Shown one piece after another: positions 40,340-52,541 of a stretch of 64,000 nucleotides of DNA; position 1 is the stretch's first letter, and every line of letters begins with the position of its first letter. Source of the stretch: Bugula neritina (lineage: Eukaryota; Animalia; Bryozoa). Both the position numbers and the translations under genes were made by a program. The notes under the pieces were generated by a model, which saw nothing but the letters and a program-made list of their open reading frames with translations, had not been told where the DNA came from and did not search any database. Location of the stretch: positions 25,605,504 through 25,669,503 of the forward strand of contig OZ037765.1 in assembly GCA_964035545.1 (NCBI GenBank), in the 5' to 3' direction.

Positions 40340-40930
40340 GAATCAAAGTAAGATTAAAATCAATAACTATAAGTGAATATAAATATCAATATTCATATGA
40401 AATGATTATCATTATGAAATGAATATGAATTTCACTATCACTATGAGTATGAGTATTACTCCGACTAGAACAGTGAACTTATTGTTATACTAAGTCTAAT
40501 AGTAATACTCAAAGTATTAGTAATAAATAAATATTTATAATAATATGAATATCAGTATCACCATTAGTAATTTATAATAATAATAAACTAAACAGTAAAG
40601 CAATAACAATAAATCATTAAATGAATAATATCAATATAAATATAGCGGTTATAATTATATATTTATATTATTATTATATGATAATAGTGATTACATTTAT
40701 ATAATGCTAATACTTATACTAATAGTAATAGTAATACTAATACTAAAAGTAAAACTAAATTAAATAACCTTGGAAGTTTTATTGAAAATAACTTTTAGTT
40801 TCACCACTGGGACATATTATTATTAGTATTATTAGAGCTGTGAGTTGATAATGATATTGATATTATAAGTCGACGAATCCAATAGTAATTTTAGGTTTAA
40901 TATATATATATATAACTATTGAATTTGATA
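40340..40930. repeat. (TNA-NNN)n tract, 5' region of FBP1
   Basis: TGA ATA TGA ATT TCA CTA TCA CTA TGA GTA TGA GTA TTA; TTA TTG TTA TAC TAA GTC TAA TAG TAA TAC TCA AAG. Confidence 0.85.
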
Positions 40931-43146
40931 GTAGAGTGCAGAGATTCAGCTAATCAACTTCAGCACTCCAAGCAAGAACAGCCACCTGGCATGATGATGA
41001 AAATTCTGCAGTGGTTTTATTGGACGTTGAAGCCACACCCACTATAAGGCATAATTTTGATTGAATAACACGACGCGGCTTCAAGTTGAGTATTGCTAGG
41101 AACAGCACCGGGTTAGGGGTGATTAAGTGCAGTATTTGCTTACACATTGTTATCCAAACTCTAAAATATATTTTTCAAAACACTGCACGCAATCACCTCC
41201 AACTTGGTGTTGTTTCAAGCGATTTTTTCCCAAATTTAATTCCGTCTAAGGTTTCACAAAGAGGAAGGATAACTACCGCACTAATAATCTGTACTGTTAC
41301 TGGCTTGCAGCTTGCTCTGTCCAATGACAACTTTATTCTACCTACCAACTATTCATGCAAAACCACAGCATAATGGTTTTGACCGCACTATTGCATTGCT
41401 AAATTAAATAATATAACAATTGTGAAAAGATATGAGTCATGAGATTATATTGACACTGCTTTAGCAAACACTACAAATCAAATTTTGAGGCTTGATATAA
41501 CTTTTCAGGTAGGTACATAAATTAGGAGTTTTCTTCAAATCTTTTTCAAGTCTATAACCCCGACACACGGTATCTATGTAGTACTGAAATATCCATATAG
41601 GCATTAGTTATCATCATAAAGTCTCTAATTTTTAGTATACTCACATTTTAAACTTCTTTTTGAAAACTATCGTGCAAAATATAACATAACATATTTACTT
41701 TTTGCATGACTTTTTTAAAATTAGATGCTAAGGCACATTGAAAAGTTTAGCCATCAATACAGGTTCATTTTTCTTATAAAAACAAACTGAAAACAAGCTG
41801 TTTGAGATCAGCTGGTATAGCAACATTTCATTTAATCAAATTATTTTATGGTCAGTTGAAGAAAATTGTAATCATTGTTGGTTTGTGTGTTTTGCTACAA
41901 AGTTTGAACATATTAAATATAATATTATTATATTACCACGGTTCTTTCAATTATCTATAGAGTTGTTTCCCATCCATGCAGAAACAGATTAGTGTTGAGG
42001 CGTCTGTGTAGTGTATATTTACACAAGTGTATAAGATACAACAGAGAGAGGAAGAGAGCATGACTGCAGGTGGGAAACAGTGATTTTATGAATGCATGAT
42101 GACAATAGTGAATGTCCAAACCAAAAAGCAGGACTACAGATTGTCTCCCTACTGATACATTTACTTCAGAGGCTTTACCTACAGCCACACAACATACTGC
42201 ATGTGTTCAGTAATGCAACGAAATCAAATAGTAAAAAAGTTTTTTCAAGTCAATTGCTTTTAAATGTGTGGGTGTTACAAATAGGCATACTATTTATTTA
42301 TTCTGATTTTTGATTATGGAGAAAAAACAAGCCAGCAAAAGTTAATTTCAAACCCAGTTATTGCAAATCTTGTGGGGAGATTTTAAAAATGCATGGATTT
42401 ATTTTATAGAATAATATTATATTTTCAAATGGTTATAAGTTGTACGTAAATAAGCTTATGTAGCTGATAGTAAATAGCAATTCCTACCACATTGATTAAG
42501 ACAAAATATAACAATACTCATACTAGTTCTAGTGGCACCATTATTAATTGGCCATATGCAATCTATGTGGTGTTTGAAAATATGCAGCCTCTCTTTTCAA
42601 TTTCTAAAGGTAGTTTACATAATGCACTCAGAGAAGAAAGCATTCATAGGTCCATGCCTTTTAGCAACTAAAAGAACAATTGAGCTATTATACTACATGA
42701 GGGCACAGTTGAAAAGATTCCTACAGCATTTAAAACCTCATTAAGCATGTATTAGTTTTTGTGCTTAAACTAATTTAAGGAATTATAACTGTTTTGTAAA
42801 TGTGAATTCTTCCTTAGTGATTAGAAATAATTTGCTCTAACATATCAATCAGCAGTCAAATCTCAACTGTAAAGGTTAGAAACAGAAGGTAAGTGTTCTT
42901 ATATGGTTTACAGTATTATGAAATAGGCTTAACAACAGATTTTTTTTATCACATTTTTGTAAGAATAATATAGTTAGAGTCAGTTTTCTTTTTAAGCGAT
43001 AACAATTTAAAAAATCAGATGTTGATGCTAAAATGTAACTTGATTTTTATCTTAATATTGTAACTGATGAATAATACGTATAAAAGGCATAGATGCTATA
43101 TTATTCTACTTTTAGCTATACATCTATCTATAGCTGATAGGTTACT

Positions 43147-44622
43147 ATGGCAGAGCCAAAGGCAATGATTGCTCCACCGAGGCAGCCAATAGGATGGCCT
43201 ACACACAGATTCCAGCATTCACTAAAGACTGTAATGCCATCAGTATGTAAGTTTGAAACACTATCTTTTCTATAACCAGATATTTGGAGAAAATGTTTAT
43301 AGCTAAGTTATGATATTATGTAAAGATGCCCAGCTTTAAAATTATCATGATTTATTATGTCTAATACAATGTATTATCATGTAAGTAACAATAATTCTTC
43401 AAAACTATTTTAGCAACTGGAAGCAACATGACCATCCATAGAGATATTCCCAAGGAACTTTTACCTTTTTCACGTTATAATAAAATACCGGAAAGATGGA
43501 GAACTCAATTACCTCCAATTCAAAAGCATCAAATGGCAGAATATAGACGAGCTGACAATTCTGGCATCAGTACTCAAAAATCTGCCCACTTAGAAGTAAG
43601 ACCACCCAGTGCATATAGTGCAACAATTGTGCTAAAATCAAGAACAGGAGCTGAATATTGGACAGCAAATAGGAAATTAAATGTAGAGAGGGTAAGTGAA
43701 TAATGTGTGGTCTGTAAAGGATGAAAATTGCATGAGTAATACCCAGTTCAATATCAATATTATGATATAAACATACTAGTTGAGACCTAACTGCTCTTAC
43801 AGAAGTAGACTAATGCATATAAGCATGTATGATTTTATTTTCTATTTACAGGTCAAAAATCTTATTAAAGAAAACACATTTTTGCCTGGGAATTTTAGTA
43901 CATTATACAGATGCTCTAAAGAGAAGGTTGAAAATATGGTCAACAGATTAAGCTATGACCCATACGAGAGAAGAGAACAGCTTATGTTGGCCGACAATCC
44001 AGAAGGTTTGCAAATTGAAAATGTACACATTGTATATACAATAACACAATGAATGAAAATGCACACAAGCATAGGCTACATATCATTAAATACATTTTAG
44101 TAGAAGTATTGCAACTGCTATAGTTAGAAAAACTAAATTTTAAAAGTGATGGCTTTTATAGCTATTACAGCAATGCATTATTGTTGTAAACTTTTAGGAG
44201 ATACTGATGACAGAATGTACAGCAAAGCTGATGTGGACATCATTGTTGCTCGATTGGCGACAGTGAAACCTGCCCCAGCTCCTGAACCAATGCCTGAGAA
44301 GAAACCTGTAAGCAAAGAGCTTAGTGCAAAAGAAAAAGAAATTGTAGACCGGCTGAGCAAATATGAGCATCCAGCAAATAAAACAGCGGAAGAGCAAGAA
44401 GTACAGAAGAAAACAGTAACCAAAAAAGAGTTGGAGGTTATCTTAGGTCGACTAACTAAATATGAGGCAAGAAAGGAGCCAGTAGTGCAACAGGTTGAAG
44501 TCAAGAAAGTAACAGCAGTTGATCTGGATAACATTCTTTCAAGGCTTACAACATATGATGCTCAAAAATGGCCCCCAGAATCTAAACCAGAAATTTTTCG
44601 AGCTCATGCAAGTTCTGATTAG
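43147..44622 (+). CDS. Uncharacterised protein with five tandem (E/D)-x-(I/M)-(V/L)-x-R-L repeats. Exons 43147-43246, 43414-43691, 43852-44005, 44198-44622
   Basis: Four phase-compatible GT-AG exons give one open frame. Upstream donors at ~41509 and ~42889 suggest 5'UTR exons and a promoter shared head-to-head with FBP1 near 41000-41150. Confidence 0.8.
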
Positions 44623-46852
44623 GCAAAAAGTGTTGTTTGTTTCAAGTAATTTAAATCAACATATTTTTAAAGACACTTCAGGAACATTTGAAAAAGAAAA
44701 CCAAAAATATATGACATCATTTAAATGAGTGGAGTTTAAAAAAAGTAAAATATTTTATGAGCATAACTTTCGATAAATGATGGCGCAAGGAGCACATTAT
44801 CCTGTAGATGAACTTTCGCTATACTCAGAGCCTGTTTCGGATACTCGTAAGGTTTTTTTGAAAGTTGTACTCATTGATTCTTCCTGCTTTTTAAAGTATA
44901 TTAAAACTTTTGCTTGCAATGTTCTATTGTCAATATGTAACTTTTATTTTTTCAGTGGAACATCTGAAATGTGTTCGGTTTCTTTCAGTACAACCAAACT
45001 ATTGCAATGACATAGCCCATCAAACTAAACATTATACACAACTCATAGGGGCTACACCTAGTAAGTAATGTAATAAATATATTTTTATTTTAAAAACAGA
45101 GCTAAAAAAGGCCATAGTAAGCTTTCTTAAAGTAGGTGATATTGCATATTTAGATTTGTGAACCCTTATGCTAAAAGGTTGACTATATGGGCAGAAAAGC
45201 AAAACAGATACGTGGAAGTTATGTAATTCAAGTAACTAAAAGCTGTAAAACTTTATGTCCAATAAAGTTATTTTGCATAAGATGAAATACAATCTTATCT
45301 AAATCTCATGTGTTCAATTATAAACTTGGGAACAAATATGACAGGCTAGCAACTGCATCTGTTAAATTTCTCCATCACATTCATGCAAAGTAGCTTTTTA
45401 GACTAAGGCTCTTATATACTAATTTTTCATTTCTTAACAAGTATAATAGGCTTAAGATGCACATATTTTCTAAGATTTTCTTGATAGAAACAAACTCAAA
45501 AATGAATTCTAGCATTTCACATGCCTTAAAACTTTTGATATGCAGCTAGTTGGAAAAATCTTTCCAAGTCTTTACTAAAAATGCGTCACATCTTAACACT
45601 TGATCTGACTGATAAACCATACTAAGATATACTACAACTTGTCAAGTCTTAATCTAATAGTATTACCAATAAACTCTAGAATCAACATGCTCAAAGTACT
45701 AAGCAAAAAACTAATCTTTATAGTAAAATACAAGTGAAATACCAATAACCCTTGTCATCAGTTAATCACTGCAAGAAGCTTTTATGAGTATTAATTTGTG
45801 ATTTCAAGTTTATTGTGTGATTAACGTGCAGGAAAACTTCCAAAGCTCTATAGACCTACAAATATTGCGCCAGGATATCCATGGATACCAGGAAAAGATT
45901 CAATTCCGCGTACACCATTGTGGTGTGCAGCAATGCCTCTGCATCCTAACCTAGCGGCAGGTATAATCATATAAAATCACGAGATACAAGTTTGTTTGCT
46001 CACAGACAACTAGTATATTATGCAAATTCGCAAAATATGTCAGCTATATGACAGCAATTAGACATATCTTAGGTGCAGGTTTTCTATGTGGATAAATGTG
46101 GAGAAAATTGCCATAGAGATTATGTTAAAATGTGTTAACTTTGTAAAGTCATACAATGACAAGCTTTAATTTATAAAATTTAATTAATTAGAATGAAAAT
46201 GTATAATTATAGGTATACATTTGAGTAGTGGAGGTGAACATTTGCCATACAATCATTATAACCCACCAAAAGGAACATGGTTATCTCACACATAATCCTG
46301 AAAAAACATGATGTAACATGGTTTTAAGGTAGCCTGGGACATTAGAAGAAAGTAGTGAAGATACAAGGTGTTCCAAAGAAAGACTCATGAATTTATATGC
46401 ATTATTTGGTGCTGTGCAGAACTTTGTAAAATAATATTATAAATTAATAAATGAGTGCATTTGTAGAAACAATCACTCTATCAAAACATTATATTTTAGA
46501 CTTACAGAAACATTATTTATATTTAACCACTAATGACATATGTAAAGACATAACTATAGACATAAGGTGTAGGTAGTCAAAACACAAGACAGTGAAGTTT
46601 GCACATAGAAGTGTTGAATGAAACGATAGCTCTTACAACAACTACACATTATTTAGTTCTCAACATTGTGTAGATTATTTAATTATAGACCTATGTACAT
46701 TATACTACAAATTATAAAACTGGATGTATTAATAAAGATACAAGTATTAGCCATCAGTTCTTGAATATAGAACAGCCGCAGGTACCCATATAGCATGAGC
46801 ATGGTAAGTACAGTATGTGTGGATGTGTGGAGAGCTTACTGGATATGTAGTG

Positions 46853-49440
46853 TCAACTAGTGATCAGTTTAGGTTCTATCAGATTAGATAAGATGTCTAC
46901 AATCTACAAAAATACGAAAAAAAAGTGATTGTGTATATTTCACCAGTTAACTGATTATATAAGAGTAACCAAAGTACACTGTAGGTAACACCAGGTCTTA
47001 TAATGTGAGTAGAGACACATACCTCTTGCTGCTGTGAATCTACATTGGTAAGAGTTTCACCCTCTTTCTCAATGCAAACCTCAAATAGTCCTTTTCTTTT
47101 TGTTTCTACAAGAATCATGTAACCAAGATTTAAAATGAGATAGAATTATTACCAAATCAAAACTTATAAAGTTTTGGTATTACAAGCGGTTTTAAAATAC
47201 GCAGTATCAAATGCGCATAATTGATATTTAAATTATTGTTTGAACATTTAGAAATAAACTATTTCAAAACGCTATATCTTTTCAAAAAATAGCTCAGTAA
47301 TAAAATTTTCTGCACAGATAATTGACAATACTTTACTTTAAAACTTTAAAATAGAGTTCCCCAATAAGTTGGTGCAGTGAAGTTAGAACAAGTAAACCGA
47401 ACTCTAGCATAAACATAGAGAATACAACTTCAAAGAGTAAATAAATAGTGAGCCGATTACCTGGAGGTAAAGAATCTAGCCTTATGTGTACCATCTTAGA
47501 CTTGGGTTCATAGCTGAGAACAACCCCTTCTTTATATCCTGATACTACAGGAGTGTAGTCAGCCGACACCTCTAATCTCTGCAAATGTTACACGTCAATG
47601 TATAGAACATACATAGAATATCACAGCAAATTTCAGCAGTGGTTTCAGCTAAAATTTGCTGATATAATGAGCTCAGTTTAAAAATGTACTTTATGTTAAG
47701 GTCAACAGTTGCCCATAACTACAGGAAATTGTTAAAACTAAAATATAAACTATAGAAATGGTTTTTATGTACACAATGTATTTTTTGTCAAAGTGAGATG
47801 GAGAATACTGTTGTATTTTGAAAAGTTCAATTGTTCCTATCAGAATATTTATAGCTGATAGATGCGCTACCTTGAAGGCCAATTTATCACCATTCCGAGG
47901 TGGGCCATCTAAGTTAGGGTACGGGGAGTAGTCTTTAGGCTCAGCAGAAGCCCGACAGCTCTCCGTACCATTTGAGGCATCATGGGAGCCCAGCTGACTT
48001 TCTTCAAAAACACCAGTTTGCTGATTCTCTTTAGTTATTAGATCTTGTGGTTTGGACCCAGTTTTAGTCTATTTGAATAAATTAAATACTTGGCAAGATT
48101 TTACAATGAATATTGTGATAAATACACACAGTCAAGTATTTCATGTACTTTAAAATGTTGAAAATGAGACAGTACAAAAAATATGCATGCATTTTGCAAT
48201 ATTTATAAAATTTTACAAGAGAAACAAGGTGGAAACTGTAAATGTGCAGTATAATTACATAAAATTTTACCTCCTTTGTATGCCATTTGATATTTTTCTT
48301 AGCCGTGCCTCTATCAGGAGTGGAAGGGTTTGTCAAATCAGACGGACAGACAGAACCGCCACTGTCAACACTCTCTTTCACTGTACTATCTTCTAAGTGT
48401 TGCAATATTGCAGGTGAAAGAGTAGCACGAAGCTTTAGTTTTTCCCTTTTGTATACAACAGGGCCCTTTGCAGAAGTATTAAGCCTAGTCACAGTTGGTT
48501 TAGTAGGTGGCCGGTTTCCTTGAGGAAAAGGTTGTGGCATTTTTACAGGCTTTGCAGCATTAGATATAGTTTGTGGGTTGCAAGATGGGATGGCAGTTGG
48601 AGAAGATGAGAAGCTAGCAGTCGGTAGCTGAGTCACTTGTATTACAGAAAAGCAGTCTTCCTCAGCCTTACAATTTACTGACTTATCCTACAATCATGTA
48701 CAATGTGCATTATAGTCATGAGCAAAGGTGGAGATAACATACAATGAGAAACATGTGCTAGATAGCTGAAGTGATTGGCAACAGTAATCCATTATAATGC
48801 ATTTATAAACCACCATGGTACACTATTATAAATCTAGTAGATATCTACATTTGAGGTTATATATATATATATATATATATGTAGTTTCTATAATTAAAAA
48901 TGAATCAAAAGAACTCAATATTTCGAAAAATAGAGTATTTATATTTGGTACTAATACAATTTTGGATATAACAATAAACTTAGATCTTCATTCTATTGAC
49001 TACAATATTGTTTCACGTAGTGCGAGCTACGATCATCAGGTCGTTGTAGATTGTCGGTGGCTAAGGGTGAAGAGCCAAACAACAACGTTAAGAAGGTAAG
49101 GTTAAAAGGTGTTTCCTGTTTGCCAGCTTTGCCTGAATGCTACATCTGCAATCTCCGTGAATTATGCTTGTAACAGTTGCCTTCTGCTAGTCTAAGCTTC
49201 CAAGTAATTCAACATTTTTGGAGTTGTCATCACCTTTAGGGCAATGCTTTGACTGTTTTGCCAGAAGCCTCCTCCATTAGTTATGAAGAAGCCAAGTAAA
49301 GTGCAGCAACCAACATCCACCCAGGATCATCTCTCCCCTGTTGAGGAGCTCCCTCCCTCTCCCCCACCGCATGACTTTAGTTCCACAGCTAATAGAATGA
49401 AGATCTAAGTTTATTTTTATATCCAAAATTGTATTAGTAC

Positions 49441-49527
<87 letters not shown>

Positions 49528-52233
49528 TGTAGAAGATGAACACATACGTTGATATTGGGCGTAGATGACTGGATACCAAAAGGCGTTGAAGGTATTGGAG
49601 CAACATAATTGGTCCGCTGCAAAGTCATAACAAACAACAGTTAATACAGTATAGAGACATAAAATATACATCATCAACAATTAAAAACACCCAAAAAACA
49701 ATGGTAAATCATGTCAATTATGTAATAGATAGAACAAAGTTGGTACTAACACATCTAATGTACTCCAAAGAATCAAAATTGTCTTCCACATGGTGTCTAT
49801 AATACATAAATTTATAGTTGAACAACCTAGCTTTGTAATTACATTTTGACAGCAATGATCCATATATATATAGACTGTAATAAACTATTTTACTAGCAGC
49901 ATTACTAACAGCGCTGTTAGTGAGTTCAGCTTTGTCATGACCTGACGTCTCCATGGCAACCTCTAGGCAATCTTCACCATCTGACTCAAACACTTTCTTA
50001 TGTCCCTGGTAACTGCAGTTCAGTTGAAAAGATTTTTCTGTGATAGAATCATCTGGTGTTACTGCATTCTACAATATTTATAAAACTGAAGCAAAACTGG
50101 ATGCACACAATATTTAAAATTTTGAGTAAATAAAAAAACAATCATACTCACCTGCTCAATTTTAGCCGGAGAGGCTTTTTTTGACTTCTTTTTTCTGTGC
50201 TTTCTACGCTTTTTAGGTTTCGGCAGACTTTCTAATTCTGCAACTAATTGTTTTTCAATTGGAGTCAATTCAACAGATCTACTCTTCTTTATTTTACTAG
50301 CTCTACATTCTTCATCGCTTTCACTATCTCTTTCCTAAAAGATGTTCAAATTTCACAAACAATTTGTGTAGCCGTGTAGCCATTATAGCGCATTATGAAT
50401 CCAGTCTATTGCATGAGTTCAGTATTATATCATTTGCACATTCTAGTAACAATCATCACTTACTTCACCTTCTATACTCGAGACTGAACTGAGCTTGTCA
50501 GGTGAGTTTGTATCTACTTGGAGTTGTGTCCCCGGCAGACTATGATTTTCATGAGCACCACCTTCTGTATGAAATATACATAGAAGTGAGTAGTTATGCA
50601 TATCTTATGACTTTTTACAACATATATAAGAAGCAGTTATGTTCATTGGTTCACCTATTAACCAAAAACAAAAAAGCGGGTGTGTATTAACCAACAAAAA
50701 CAAAACTGGAAGTCTATACATGTCCATCAACAAAGTGCAAAGTAATCTCAGAAAAAAACATGTGTCTCAAGTTGTAAGTACTATAGATTTGCAAAATATA
50801 TTTATTGCCCGACTGCCTCAAGTTCCTCTGAATTTAAGTGTTAGGTCCACTTTCGTAGGTGTAGCTAATAGAGCTACCTACCTTTTCACTATTGGCATAC
50901 AAAAATAAACAGTATTATTACAAAAAGATTTGAAAAAAAGGATAATACAGTGATTTAGCCCGTCAAAACCTGAGGATTTAAAAAGAATGTACCTTTTCGT
51001 GAATTTGAGTTGTAGACATATGATTGGCTTTAATTTGTTGGTAAAAAAGGGAAAACACTAACCACAATAGATGAGTTCTAAGTTCAACACACTTTAATAT
51101 TCAAGGATTTGACATGACACAAATATGATGTGCTGAGAAGTTTGTAGTCTTTCAACTGTATGCACCTGCTGGTTTGTCTTTTATTTTAGTAATTGTCCCT
51201 TTGGTCTTTTTTCGACAATCTTTCTTTATCTTTTTTACTTCCAGTGTGTCACAAGTATCTGTAATAGCAATGTCACCATTTTGCTTCCTTTTTCTGCTTT
51301 GTTGGGTGAGATTAAGAAAACCTATTATATCATCTTCAACATCAACTTCACGGAGTCTGGAACCAAAATGGCAATTGATAAAATGCAACTTTTATATTTA
51401 TATTGATAGAAGTAATTATAATAAAATTAAAATATGTTTTAAACCTGTGCTAAGTTATACCAGATGCATAAATTTGCAAACTGAAAGCAAATAGTCAAAA
51501 ATTTTAATTGGCATTCTATTATTTGATTTAACTAAATTTTGCATAGCTAGCAAAATAATAGTTTTATACAGTAGTTCACATTATGATTGCTCAAACTTGC
51601 ATGATTGACAAATTTGGCCTATCAGTATCTAGCACTTAAATGGTTGTCTAGCAACAGGGATCTCAAAAATAAGCTAAACCCAACTTATAAAAAGTGATTT
51701 TGTTTTAAAATTCACACCTAATTATGAAATAGACTGCAAAGGTCTTTATATTTTATATGAATAATATATTTATTATTTATTAATATTATATATCAAATTG
51801 AAATTAAATTATTAATATCAATATTTTAATTTATATCAATATATGGTAAATTAAAATAAAAATCATCCAACTCTTATTCTACAACTTACAAAATTCGATT
51901 AAATGTAAAACTAAATAACTATAAGTATAAGGATGCTTTTACTTCCTCGAGTCTCAACACCTACCAACCTTAAAATTAAATAACTTACTCTACAATTTCA
52001 TTATCTCTGAAAATTTGCGAACAGGATTCCCAGGTTGGAATGATGGTATCATCAATATATAAAGCGACATTTGGAGATATCAATTTAAACTTTTTGCAAA
52101 TTTCTTTTAATAAAGAGCGTATCGTTTCATGTTTCTCATGATCTATTGAGTACCAACACTTTTGTTCTGAAGAAAAGTTACTTAGTTTTAATGTGAGCTT
52201 CACTCTACAGCATGAACTCATGGGCGGTGCCAT
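46853..52233 (-). CDS. COIL: Coilin. Approximate exons 52233-51989, 51357-51166, 50564-50464, 50334-50153, 50069-~49910, 49615-49547, 48687-48271, 48068-47872, 47578-47461, 47105-47023, 46902-46853
   Basis: N-terminal coilin domain (RVKL..KCW..LYIDDTIIPTWES..IFRDNEIV), Lys-rich NLS (PKKRRKHRKKK) and C-terminal Tudor-like region PKDYSPYPNLDGPPRNGDKLAFK|RLEVSADYTPVVSGYKEGVVLSYEP...LIEPKLITS*. Middle exon boundaries are uncertain. Confidence 0.9.
48941..49447. mobile_element. Inverted-repeat element in a coilin intron carrying a gene-like fragment
   Basis: 57-bp inverted repeats (48941-48997 vs 49391-49447, one mismatch) lying between (TA)n runs; GC-richer interior with splice sites. Confidence 0.75.
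49444..49525. repeat. (TA)n microsatellite; a shorter one lies at 48857-48880
   Basis: About 40 AT units, read directly. Confidence 0.98.
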
Positions 52234-52541
52234 GATAAATGACGTCTAACAAACAACGTCTATAAGACCAAAGTTAAAATCAGATATACCATAATTAATC
52301 AGGGCTCCGTAAGAAAAGCGGAGTTATAATGATTCTGTTATCGCTAGAAGCAGCACCGAAATAAGAGCGATTGAGTACAGTATTTGTATACACATAGTTG
52401 TATCCAATGTCTTTTCAGTGGTTGTATCTCTAGCCCCAAACTCGAGACGCTCCCACCCCGACCTAGTGCACTCAGAGAACACCAACTCGATGCTGCTTCA
52501 AGCGATATTCGATAGTGATGGTGGCCTAAGTCAATGCATTG

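Noticed and set aside
42090-42162. C/D box snoRNA (ATGATGA...CTGA with a short terminal stem)
   Set aside because: No convincing C'/D' boxes and no guide complementarity that I can recognise; such boxes are frequent by chance in AT-rich DNA. A snoscan or small-RNA check would settle it.
49277-49400. Minus-strand WGRGRELLNRG as the coilin RG box
   Set aside because: It is the antisense of a proline-rich + strand fragment inside an inverted-repeat element. The flanking coilin exons join in frame without it.
49947-49960. X-box GTCTCCATGGCAAC
   Set aside because: Lies within a coilin coding exon (EVAMET), so it can be explained by codons.
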